A stretch of DNA of 64,000 nucleotides from Promethearchaeota archaeon (GTDB lineage Archaea; Asgardarchaeota; Lokiarchaeia; Sigyniarchaeales; SOKP01): the NCBI GenBank assembly GCA_030599585.1, contig JAUVNS010000005.1:256001-320000 (forward strand), read 5' to 3'. The translations under genes and the position numbers were made by a program. The notes beneath the pieces were generated by a model. It was given only the letters and a program-made list of their open reading frames with translations, was not told the origin of the DNA and made no database searches. Within the stretch, counting starts at the first letter, position 1. The number at the start of each line of letters is the position of its first letter. Positions 21,437 to 31,176 of this stretch are shown piece after piece.

Positions 21437-22921
21437 TTACGGAAGAGCCAATCTCCCTGGGTGTAAAATTCCATTTGGGTCTAAGAGCTTCTTAAATGCT
21501 CTCAAGTACTTCCAATACATTCCAGATTGATAGTACGCTTGGATGTGTATATAAGGATCTGGTCTATAGTTAAACCACCCTTGTTTTAATCCATATTCGG
21601 TTGTTTCTTGATTCATCATTTGAACCTTTTCAACGGATTTCTCATCTGTTGAATCAAAACAAACTATGGGCATACAAATAGCTTGGCGACATCTTTCAAT
21701 TGAAGCAATCCACATAACAGGTGGAAAGCCATACTTTTCCATAGCTTTATTGTACATTTCAGCGAAATGCGCACATTCATTCCAAGGTACGTACCATGTG
21801 ATAAATAAGAAACCTGCTTCCCAGAACGAGTATGGAACCGCAATTTTATTAGGTTTTTTCATTCTGCTTGCAATTTGCTTAGGATGAAGTTCCCATGGTT
21901 TCATCCCCTCACCGTCTTTTGCTCTATTTTTCTTGAAATCTTCAGCCATACTATTTATTCGCTTAACAACATAATCTAATTCTTCTTGCGTTTGAGCCCA
22001 ACATTCCCAATTCATCCACCAAGGACTCACTCCGATTCCTTTATAAAATTCATAATCGTGCGGAACTTTATCTTTCGGCCAACGCGTCATCACCAATGGG
22101 TAATTGCCTCCTTGAACCATTACAGTGTTATGGGCAATACCAAATTCCTGCTTTCCTATTTCGAGCGTTAGATCTTGCATATCGTAGGGATTCGACATCC
22201 CCCAAGCCACCACAGTTTTAAATTTTGGGTGTGGGTAGATTTTGACAGCTACTTTGGTAAATACTCCTAAAGCACCTTGACTACCCATTAGAAAACTCCA
22301 CATATCAGGACCTATACCGTACTTATAGAAAGGTTTCGCTGTTGGAAGCGCCCAAGAACCAGTTCTAATGACGTCTCCGTTAGGAAAAACCACTTCAGCA
22401 CACATAAAGTTATCTCCTTGAGGGCCAACACTAGATGTGTAGAGAGAAAAACCACGATCAATAGCATCTCCCATTACTGTGGCTGCTGGAGGCGCTCCAT
22501 CTGCAATTGGTGGTGCCCAATCTGGATAATTTTTGTGCATATAAGCCCAAAGACCTCCATTTGTAACACCTGGCTCTACAATAGCATACCGGTTTTCCGT
22601 ATCAATTTCGATGATTCTATCCATTCTGCTTAAATCAAGCATAACTCCGCTTGGTTTGATAGTAGGACAAGCAAATCCGCCAGATAATCCAGCAGAAACT
22701 GGACTTACAGCGATTTTTTCTGCAGAACAATAAATTAAAATTTTCCTTATTTCTTCGGTATATTTTGGGCGTACAACGATATCAGGAATTTGCGCCTCTA
22801 ATCCCATTACAGATTTGGAAAGATATGACGCTGTAATTGCTTTGTTATTCGATGCGTATTTTTTACCGACAATACCAATCATAGCCTCAAGATCTTTCTC
22901 ATCTGGTAATTTATAGCTCAT
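21437..22921 (-). CDS. FAD-binding oxidoreductase (VAO/GlcD-like)
   Basis: DLSRMDRI, VEPGVT, GSQGALGVFTK, DPNGILHPGR. Confidence 0.88.
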   Translation of the reverse strand: MSYKLPDEKDLEAMIGIVGKKYASNNKAITASYLSKSVMGLEAQIPDIVVRPKYTEEIRKILIYCSAEKIAVSPVSAGLSGGFACPTIKPSGVMLDLSRMDRIIEIDTENRYAIVEPGVTNGGLWAYMHKNYPDWAPPIADGAPPAATVMGDAIDRGFSLYTSSVGPQGDNFMCAEVVFPNGDVIRTGSWALPTAKPFYKYGIGPDMWSFLMGSQGALGVFTKVAVKIYPHPKFKTVVAWGMSNPYDMQDLTLEIGKQEFGIAHNTVMVQGGNYPLVMTRWPKDKVPHDYEFYKGIGVSPWWMNWECWAQTQEELDYVVKRINSMAEDFKKNRAKDGEGMKPWELHPKQIASRMKKPNKIAVPYSFWEAGFLFITWYVPWNECAHFAEMYNKAMEKYGFPPVMWIASIERCRQAICMPIVCFDSTDEKSVEKVQMMNQETTEYGLKQGWFNYRPDPYIHIQAYYQSGMYWKYLRAFKKLLDPNGILHPGRLALP

Positions 22922-23186
22922 ATTTTAATACCTTTTTATCCTTTTTTTTTTAATTTTGATTAATTATTCTTTATACGTTCGAAAATTATTTGCTTAATTT
23001 TAAATTTGTCATAAAAGGCTTTCATAAAAAGAAGTAATTTTCTTATAATTGTATAGTTGAACTCTTTTAAATTAACTTTGCAGAAGAAAAAGATACTTTC
23101 TGGGATTGAGTGGGAGAAACAATTAACTTATCGCTAATATTTTTATAATCTCATCGTAATAAAAAAAAAATACATATGTAATCCTT

Positions 23187-23993
23187 TTATTTCTTTAACA
23201 ATCTCTTTGACGACGATCTCATTCCGATGACTAGGAAAAACAATGAGAAAATCAATGTTAAAGGCAAATGGCCTAAGATAATATAACCAAAAGCAGGTTC
23301 AGATGAGTAAGCAAATAATATAATTGTAACAACTAAGTGAACAATAGAATTCACTATAGCAACATTTCTACTAGGAGATAAAAAACCGAATACTAAATTT
23401 GGAATCAGAAATAGTAATATAATGTTCCCAGTAGATAATAGAATTAACGCTGGGAAAAACTTCGAAAACAGTTCTTCGGTTGTAATATATTGGGTGAGAT
23501 CGAAAGCCATATAGATAAAAAGTGTTAAATTAATGCTAGCAAAAACTAAAAGAATCGTAAAGGGAGTGTTGATTAGCCAAGAGATCATTATTCTTATTAT
23601 AGGTGAATGAATCGTTTTAGTTCTTAAAACATCTTGAACAACTTTCTCCATCTCTTCAATGATGATTTTTTCTTGATCATAATCTGGTGAATAAGCGTCA
23701 ATAAATTCTTGCATGATGTTTCTAATTATTTTTGTTACTAACTCGTTATTATCATTTGAACTGACAATTGCAGCTCCAAGTAGACCTTCATCCTCGATTG
23801 GAGCGAGAATTAGTTTATTATTTTCTCCGAGGTCAACATTTTTTACAGCAGTTCCTAAAGCTTCCCGGCTAAAGTTAGTAATTGAAGTGAAAAACCCTAT
23901 TAAAATATTGTCGTCGTATTGCTGTTCCTTAATGAACTCTTTGGAATATAATAAAATTCCGTTTTCATCCAAGATATATAAACTTTTTAACAT
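23187..23993 (-). CDS. longin-like domain fused to about four TM helices
   Basis: LYILDENGILLYSKEF...LIGFFTSITNFSRE pattern; hydrophobic C-terminal half. Confidence 0.65.
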   Translation of the reverse strand: MLKSLYILDENGILLYSKEFIKEQQYDDNILIGFFTSITNFSREALGTAVKNVDLGENNKLILAPIEDEGLLGAAIVSSNDNNELVTKIIRNIMQEFIDAYSPDYDQEKIIIEEMEKVVQDVLRTKTIHSPIIRIMISWLINTPFTILLVFASINLTLFIYMAFDLTQYITTEELFSKFFPALILLSTGNIILLFLIPNLVFGFLSPSRNVAIVNSIVHLVVTIILFAYSSEPAFGYIILGHLPLTLIFSLFFLVIGMRSSSKRLLKK

Positions 23994-24029
23994 CTTCTTA
24001 TATCCTCTTTTATAATCTAATTAATAACT

Positions 24030-25751
24030 TCATCTATTTTCAACAAATTCCATATAATCACCGATGGAGGCGGTAGACCTTTTAAAGCTAAAAAGGCTTG
24101 AACCCAATAGTTCTGTGATTTGGATTATTACATCACTAATACTATTTTTTATGAAGATTTTAAATTTCTCGTTCTTTCTTTCTTCAATTATTACCTCTAT
24201 TTCCTTCATTTCTTTAAGTTTTTGAATTGAGGAATCGTCTGGATTGTTCAATTCTATGCTCAAAATTTCACCAAATTGAGGTAATTCTTCAATGTAGTCT
24301 TTAATAGAGCCTATTTTTGATGTATTTTTTGTAATCGTTAGAATTCGGTCACAATTTGATATAATATCTTCCGGACCATGAAAAATTAGGATGACATGAA
24401 AATTTTCTTTGATTTTATCCATGTATGAATTAAACTTTTCATACTCGAGCTTGCCTAAAATCCCAAATGGTATAGAAAACATTATAATTGTTGGTGATTG
24501 GATTAATGCCCTTGTAATAGAAAAAAGAAGAAATTCCAAAGGAGTCAACTTTGAGAATCTCTTATTTTTCTTATTCAGTAGTCCAGTTGATTCTAAAACT
24601 TTTTTTAGATACGCCTTCTTGCGATTGATTCTATATGACCTGGTTTTTAAGAAATCTTCCATTATTTCATCTAAACTTTGAGCCAAACCAGCTTTCTTTA
24701 GCATTAATTTAAATATTTCCTTCTTTTTCTTATAAATTGCATGTAGATTAATTTGATATTGAATAGCTTTCTTGATCTTCATACTTGTGATTGTTGAATC
24801 GTATGCTTGAGGTAGAATGAAAATTCTTTCTTTCTCAGATGGACTTAATAATATAGTAGGTTTTCCAAAAATTTCGATTGAACCAGAATAGTCATGTTGT
24901 GAACCTGCCATGGCGTCAAATAAAATCATCAAATCCCGCCTGAGATCAATTTTGGCTAAACTTTTTTCATCAAATATTATTCCTATCGATTTTCCTCGGT
25001 GAATTTTGAATGATAATTTATCAATCATATCACCTAATGTAACACGATTTACAACCAAATATTGAGAATTTTCTTTTAACACTTTTATTTTTACTCGTGC
25101 GGAGACAATACCACATATTCTATCTACAAGTTCATAAATGTGAGGGGGGTTTTCTGTGTTCCAATTTTTAATCATCTCGTCCTCTATAAATTCTCTCTCA
25201 GTGATAATTTTAGATAAAGATCTTGAAAAAGAAAAGGTTGGTAAAAACGGATATTTTTCTAAATTAATTTTGAGATTTAAAGTAAAATCAGGATAAGAGA
25301 TTCTTATCTCTCGGTCGTATGGGTTAGTTTTAATTTGATAATTCTCAAATTTTTCGTCAAGTAGTATAATTTCAGTATTTAAAATTCTTAGATGACTTTG
25401 GAATTCCGAACTGATAAGCCTTCTCATGTGGTGGATAATTTTTATGGGATTTATCAATCCGTCTTCATCAAAATCTGGTTCAAATAAAATCTCATTAAAA
25501 TCAATTTCATTTTCAAGAGGGGTGTATATCTTCAATAACGGAACTCCTTTTTCAATAACATCACTATTAGGAAAGAATAAAACTTCGATAAACGATTTTT
25601 TATAGATTAAATTAATAATAGAAGCAATCCCAAACGTATTTTCTCTGTAAGTCATCCAAAAACGCTTAGAGAAACGAACAGCATCTAAAATTTTTAATCT
25701 TATTCGTTCCAATTCTATATCTCTAGAGCTCTTCAATTTCGGGTACCTCAA
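24030..25751 (-). CDS. RWD/UEV-like N-terminus fused to degenerate ABC ATPase domain
   Basis: INLEKYPFLP...NWNTENPPHIYELV; ABC scaffold (LSFKIHRGKSIGI, RALIQSPTIIM, CDRIL) lacking Walker A Lys, LSGG and DE. Confidence 0.6.
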   Translation of the reverse strand: MRYPKLKSSRDIELERIRLKILDAVRFSKRFWMTYRENTFGIASIINLIYKKSFIEVLFFPNSDVIEKGVPLLKIYTPLENEIDFNEILFEPDFDEDGLINPIKIIHHMRRLISSEFQSHLRILNTEIILLDEKFENYQIKTNPYDREIRISYPDFTLNLKINLEKYPFLPTFSFSRSLSKIITEREFIEDEMIKNWNTENPPHIYELVDRICGIVSARVKIKVLKENSQYLVVNRVTLGDMIDKLSFKIHRGKSIGIIFDEKSLAKIDLRRDLMILFDAMAGSQHDYSGSIEIFGKPTILLSPSEKERIFILPQAYDSTITSMKIKKAIQYQINLHAIYKKKKEIFKLMLKKAGLAQSLDEIMEDFLKTRSYRINRKKAYLKKVLESTGLLNKKNKRFSKLTPLEFLLFSITRALIQSPTIIMFSIPFGILGKLEYEKFNSYMDKIKENFHVILIFHGPEDIISNCDRILTITKNTSKIGSIKDYIEELPQFGEILSIELNNPDDSSIQKLKEMKEIEVIIEERKNEKFKIFIKNSISDVIIQITELLGSSLFSFKRSTASIGDYMEFVENR

Positions 25752-28700
25752 TTAATTTATATCTAAAAAATTGCTCCATTTTTGAATCAATTTGTTTTAA
25801 ATCTTGGATTGTATCCTTTCCTACTTCGTTTTCAATTTTAATAACAAGAGACTCGACATCAAGATTAGTGAATATTGAATAATCCGTCCCTGCCTTATTT
25901 TCTAAGACATTCTCTATCCCATCTATAGATTCTAACCTTTGGACCATATTTTTTTGAATGGTGTTAAAAGATAATTCAATTGAGCGCCCTTTACCTGGTA
26001 ACTGAGCAAGTAATTCTTTAGGCTTCCCGAAATCTATAATCCCTCTATTCCTACCAAAAATTGCAACCCTATTACAAAATCGAGATTCTTCTGGATAATG
26101 AGTTATTACAATTAATGTTGTGCCAAATTGTTCATTAATTTTAGTTAAGGCTAACCATAAATTTTCACGAATAATCGGATCTAATCCCGAAGTAGGCTCG
26201 TCTAAAATAAGAAAGATAGGTGAATGGATTAAACCGATTGCGATACTAACTCTACGTTTTTGGCCTCCTGAAAGATTTTTAACTAATTCATTCATCTTAT
26301 CTTCAATCTCTAAGCTTCGTAAGAGTCTTTTAGATCTGCTTATTATTTCTTGCTCAGTTAGACCGTACTGGCTCCCAAATGAGAGTAAATTGTCAATAAC
26401 AGTGAAATCGTGGTAAATTTTGCTTAGATCTTGAGGAACATACCCATACATCGGCCGTATCTTTTTAGAAGTTCTTTTATTTATATTTAACCCAAAAATT
26501 TGGCAGAAACCGGTTATTTTCCTCATCCCTAATAAACCCTTAATATATGTGGATTTACCTGCTCCACTTTCGCCTAAAATCCCTAGAATTTGACCGTGTT
26601 CTACCTTCATTGTAACAGAATCAACAATTAACTTACCACCCGCGTATACGCTGAAATTTTCACAATGAATTGCTGGAAACCTTTGAAGATAGGAGGGTGT
26701 GATTTTCCCTCCCAGACCTACTTTTTCCTTAATACGCTTTATTAAAGAAATTTTTTTGCGAATTATAAGAAATACATAAGCGCTTAAAATACCAGCTTCA
26801 GTTAATAAGATATATATTAATAGCACATTCCACGGTTTCGAATCGAAACTTTGATCATATTTTAATTCATCAATTATTATGATTCCATAAGGAGTATTTC
26901 TTAAATCAGCTCCAAAATTTGGATTATCTCCAACCCCTCCCGTACGAACGCTTATACAATCAGAAAACCAGAATAGGGCATCTTTAATGTTTTCTGGCTG
27001 AAAATCATAATCATATAACGATTTGGAAGCCATGTATGTCGTAAGAAACGAGGATGGTAAGTCTAATAAATCACCCATCATGGGTAGCAAAGAGAAACTA
27101 CCATCCGAACTTTGCGAAGTAATCAAGAAATTAATCGCTGACATTTTCGAAATTGGTCCTTGAACGAAACCTTCTTTAAAAATTTGGAGTCCATAATATG
27201 TCGAAATGATATCACTATGAAATCCCATAACAATGGAAAATCCTCCATCTGCATTTTGGCAGGACCTTACCCAATGTGAAAAATTATTGTATTGAATCGT
27301 ATGAAGTCCGTTAATCAATTCTAGAGAAACCAAAGCCCAATATGTACTCTCTACAGTAGATGCATTAACATCTATTAAATCCGTAAAAAGTACGGAATAA
27401 GCTCCAAAAAGAGAAAACAAATAATCAATATCATCACCTACCCTAAATCCACCATCAGGATTTTGCAAACTAGATAGATAATTCTTAGTAGCGTTTAATA
27501 CATTAATAGGAGTTGTTTGAAACCATGGACGATTTCGAGGAATGATCATCTCTAAAAGCTTAATACCGCAATAAGTAGAAAATAATGTAGCATTTTGTCC
27601 TGGTTGAGACCCAAACCCTCCATCATATGAATTATAACATGCTCCCACAAAATTTAATATATAATTTTTTATGGCTTGAAATTGAGATGTTTGTATTGTA
27701 TCTAAATATCCCATTTCATAATAAGTTAATACACCAAAATAGTTAGATTCTATTGTAATTTGCCCGAACAGAGCATTCTTAGCTTGAAAAAAGTGCAGCC
27801 AATTATAATATTTAACAGATACCTGATGAATTACATTAGAAAGCTCAATTGTGAGATTAAGCCTCGGTGTTAATATTCCAATTGATTTCATTGCTGCCCA
27901 CCCAGAGTTAAAATCCGATATGGTAGTGTTAGGGCGAACACCAAATCCACCATTATTATTTGATGAATTTAAAACAAAATTTAATGTTTCATCCTCATTA
28001 TTTAATATATTAAACCCTAACAGATTCTCTACTATCTCTAATGTTGAAATTGAGTAATAAGTTGTTTGGACATCAGACATTCCCGTTTCAGGATTTGTAT
28101 ACCCTCCATCGAATGAGTTATACAATGAACCAAAATACGCCCAAATTGATGTTAAATCAAAAATACTATAGGTCATATTCATCCTTAAATAAGCCCTTAC
28201 ACCGTAGAATGTTGCTTCAGGAGTGCTGATTAACGAGTTGTTAGTTAACCTATAACTACCTCCAAGCCATGTAGAATTTATAAATTCTCCAACTTTTTTG
28301 TTTGTAATACTAGACATTTCAGATATGCTATAAGATAATTTAATCGCGCTAAAAGTAGAAATTATGTCTGAATCGTTTAGAAATTGATTAAATTTAAAAC
28401 CCCATCCGCCCCCATTAAGAGAGCTTAACAGATATTTCGCTATATTATCTGTTTCTCCAAGTTGAACTTTTCTCTCAAGGTATGAAATATTAGCTATTTT
28501 TAATGTTTCGATAGCCATATAAGTAGAGAACAAATTCCCCAGACCTGCGATATCTGAATAAGAACCATCGTAATTTTGTTTTTCAAATATATAATTAAAG
28601 AAGATATCTTTTAGAAAAAATTGTACATTGGTATTATTGTTAGGATCAATTAAATCTGGAGCATATATGTTTGTAAATGTAAAATTTGTGGAATCTATTG

Positions 28701-28929
28701 CTCGATAATTTGAATCGATTTCAGGTTCCACAAACAAGCCTATTTGATTATGATGAGTGGTTGCAAATAATGTTGCAAGGTTTTTAGCTTTGCTTACATC
28801 TGTTTCACTTATAAAATAGGTCCATCTAATATTGATTAAAACCAATGATATTATTGGTGTTCCTGCTAAAATTATGAGTATTATAAGCCTTTTGAGTCTT
28901 TTTTTGTTTTTACGATTAAGATTTATTAT
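25723..28929 (-). CDS. signal anchor, extracellular prenyltransferase/squalene-cyclase-like repeats, TM helix, ABC ATPase (start extended to ATA 28929)
   Basis: Many QNxDGGF-type and D..STY repeats; GESGAGKST, LSGGQKRR, LDEPT. In-frame upstream NRKNKKRLKRLIILIILAG lies behind GGAGGTGA. Confidence 0.8.
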   Translation of the reverse strand: MINLNRKNKKRLKRLIILIILAGTPIISLVLINIRWTYFISETDVSKAKNLATLFATTHHNQIGLFVEPEIDSNYRAIDSTNFTFTNIYAPDLIDPNNNTNVQFFLKDIFFNYIFEKQNYDGSYSDIAGLGNLFSTYMAIETLKIANISYLERKVQLGETDNIAKYLLSSLNGGGWGFKFNQFLNDSDIISTFSAIKLSYSISEMSSITNKKVGEFINSTWLGGSYRLTNNSLISTPEATFYGVRAYLRMNMTYSIFDLTSIWAYFGSLYNSFDGGYTNPETGMSDVQTTYYSISTLEIVENLLGFNILNNEDETLNFVLNSSNNNGGFGVRPNTTISDFNSGWAAMKSIGILTPRLNLTIELSNVIHQVSVKYYNWLHFFQAKNALFGQITIESNYFGVLTYYEMGYLDTIQTSQFQAIKNYILNFVGACYNSYDGGFGSQPGQNATLFSTYCGIKLLEMIIPRNRPWFQTTPINVLNATKNYLSSLQNPDGGFRVGDDIDYLFSLFGAYSVLFTDLIDVNASTVESTYWALVSLELINGLHTIQYNNFSHWVRSCQNADGGFSIVMGFHSDIISTYYGLQIFKEGFVQGPISKMSAINFLITSQSSDGSFSLLPMMGDLLDLPSSFLTTYMASKSLYDYDFQPENIKDALFWFSDCISVRTGGVGDNPNFGADLRNTPYGIIIIDELKYDQSFDSKPWNVLLIYILLTEAGILSAYVFLIIRKKISLIKRIKEKVGLGGKITPSYLQRFPAIHCENFSVYAGGKLIVDSVTMKVEHGQILGILGESGAGKSTYIKGLLGMRKITGFCQIFGLNINKRTSKKIRPMYGYVPQDLSKIYHDFTVIDNLLSFGSQYGLTEQEIISRSKRLLRSLEIEDKMNELVKNLSGGQKRRVSIAIGLIHSPIFLILDEPTSGLDPIIRENLWLALTKINEQFGTTLIVITHYPEESRFCNRVAIFGRNRGIIDFGKPKELLAQLPGKGRSIELSFNTIQKNMVQRLESIDGIENVLENKAGTDYSIFTNLDVESLVIKIENEVGKDTIQDLKQIDSKMEQFFRYKLIEVPEIEEL

Positions 28930-29960
28930 GGATTGTCACCTCCATTCAATATTTCAGAATTATTTAGACGGTTTTCAATTTCTTCCTCTTCTTGAATTCT
29001 GATTTGAAAGTATCTTCTAAAATTAGCGACGTCCCTGCTCATGGAATAAACTTTTAAATTATTTTCAAACAAGAATTTCATCAATTTAGGTAAGCTATCT
29101 TCAAAATCTTCCATTAAAACTTCGATAGTCTCGTTTCCAACCCTTAATACTTTTTCTGTGAATGGATACTTTTGTATGGTATTAATTATCTCTTGGTTTA
29201 AATTTTCAATTGAAATTCTTGCTACCAAACCATTACTAGGTAAAGAGTTTATAAGATTTTGTGGAGAATCGAATTCAAGCAATTTCCCTTCCCTTAAAAT
29301 AGCACATTTATCACATATTAACGCTGCTTCTAAATCGTGAGTAATTATAAACATGGTAGTATTTAGCTGCTGGTTTAACTTCTTAAGATAGCTAAGAATA
29401 TCATAACGCTTAGATGCATCGACTCCAGTAGTAGGTTCGTCAAGAAATAAGACTTTTGGGTTATGAATTAACCCAATAGCCATTGATAAGCGCTTTTTTT
29501 CCCCGCCGCTCATCTTCTTAACTCTTTTTTTCCAGGTGTCTTGGGGGATATCTAATATGTTAAATAATTTTTCAGCAGTTGATTTTGCTTCTTTTTTATC
29601 CATTCCATAAGTAGAGGTAAAAATCTCAACATTAACCATGGGATTTAGTTCAAAATATAGATTTAGCAGTTCTAATTGAGGTACATATCCGATATTGCTT
29701 AAAATTTTTGAGTGATTTCCTTTTTTACTCGGATTTAAACCTGTAACTAATACATTGCCACTCCAGTTTTTTTTATCAATCTGGCATGTTAAAACCCTTA
29801 TTATGGTTGTTTTTCCAGCTCCGGATATTCCGAACATCCCAATAATCTCCCCTTCTTCTACATTAAATGAAACATCTTGAACTATTTGCTTATCTCCGAA
29901 AATGACATTTAAATTTTCAACAAATACCATTGTGTTGTTCGAATTCTCAGTAGTCTCCAT
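28926..29960 (-). CDS. ABC transporter ATP-binding protein
   Basis: GISGAGKTT, MSGGEKKR, LDEPTTG, THD. Confidence 0.93.
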   Translation of the reverse strand: METTENSNNTMVFVENLNVIFGDKQIVQDVSFNVEEGEIIGMFGISGAGKTTIIRVLTCQIDKKNWSGNVLVTGLNPSKKGNHSKILSNIGYVPQLELLNLYFELNPMVNVEIFTSTYGMDKKEAKSTAEKLFNILDIPQDTWKKRVKKMSGGEKKRLSMAIGLIHNPKVLFLDEPTTGVDASKRYDILSYLKKLNQQLNTTMFIITHDLEAALICDKCAILREGKLLEFDSPQNLINSLPSNGLVARISIENLNQEIINTIQKYPFTEKVLRVGNETIEVLMEDFEDSLPKLMKFLFENNLKVYSMSRDVANFRRYFQIRIQEEEEIENRLNNSEILNGGDNP

Positions 29961-29961
29961 G

Positions 29962-31176
29962 TCACACCTCGTATTTTCTTCTCTGAAACAAAATAAATGA
30001 CAACACTACGAGAACAAGACTTACTCCTAAAAGAGAAAAGAAATCAAAACCAAATACAGATTTCCCTTTAGTAATTATTCCTGTAATTAAAGGGGATCCA
30101 TGAGATAATGGGAGCACATAGGCTATAGCTTGTAGGTAAATGGGCATAGCTTCAATGGGAATAAAAATTCCGCTTAAAAGAATCAAAACGAGAAAGGTTG
30201 CAAAAAATAATTGATTTGCTTGGGTTTTAGTTTTACTTAAAGTACTAATAAATATACCAATTGTAAGACCGGCAAAACCTAAAATGAATAAAGCTAGAAA
30301 TAAATCAAATACAGTTCCTAGTAAATATAAACCAAAACCTAAAGCGGCCATCACAAGAGAAATATTTTGAACGATTAAAATGCTAAGGTAGGTTACATAT
30401 TTTGCTAATAGTATTTCAATTCTTTTAACCGGTGTGAGTAACAATCTCGCAACGGGCTTTTCTTGAACGATGATTAAGATTGTTGAGACCATACCAACGC
30501 CAATTATCATAAAAGACAACACTAATACCATGGTATTATTATACCCTGAGCTGTAGTTTTCTGGAATTGTAAATTCCTCAAAGCCATTGAGTTCAAATTG
30601 AGGAGTTAAATTATTCTGGGACACAAAAATTTTAATCGAATCGTAAACAGCATTTAAGTTAACCTGAATTTTTTGGATATCTGATGAATCTGTTATACAG
30701 TCGATTAAACCTGGATACCCCCAACTTATTAATTCCGAAAAATCGACAGGAATTGCTATAATAATCTGAATCCTTTTAGAAATCATGTAATTTCTAGCGG
30801 TCTCCATTGCATATATCTCCTCAGTTGCGTTGAAAAATTGGACGAGGTTCAATAAATTTGATGAATTAACAGCCTCGACATATTTAAGATTATAATCATC
30901 CAGTTCTGATTCTGTGAAATTATTTTCTTCAATAAAAGTGTTTGAATCATAGGAAACGACAACGCAATTAATAGGGTCTGCGGGTCCTCCCGAACTACTA
31001 GAGGTTACACCTATTAAAACTACAACGAGAGGAGGTACAATTAACGCTATGAAAATATTAAACTTATCTGTCCATAATAGACGAAATTCTTTTTTAATTT
31101 GGTTAAATAACCTTAGAACACTGTTTTTTTGAAATAATTTCTTACCATTTTTTTTGTTTAAACTTCTAATGATTAT
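29962..31176 (-). CDS. ABC-2 type permease (start extended to non-canonical ATA 31176)
   Basis: Frame open 108 codons upstream of ORF-track start; encodes IKKEFRLLWTDK plus TM1, homologous to the N-terminus of the upstream permease. Confidence 0.85.
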   Translation of the reverse strand: MIIRSLNKKNGKKLFQKNSVLRLFNQIKKEFRLLWTDKFNIFIALIVPPLVVVLIGVTSSSSGGPADPINCVVVSYDSNTFIEENNFTESELDDYNLKYVEAVNSSNLLNLVQFFNATEEIYAMETARNYMISKRIQIIIAIPVDFSELISWGYPGLIDCITDSSDIQKIQVNLNAVYDSIKIFVSQNNLTPQFELNGFEEFTIPENYSSGYNNTMVLVLSFMIIGVGMVSTILIIVQEKPVARLLLTPVKRIEILLAKYVTYLSILIVQNISLVMAALGFGLYLLGTVFDLFLALFILGFAGLTIGIFISTLSKTKTQANQLFFATFLVLILLSGIFIPIEAMPIYLQAIAYVLPLSHGSPLITGIITKGKSVFGFDFFSLLGVSLVLVVLSFILFQRRKYEV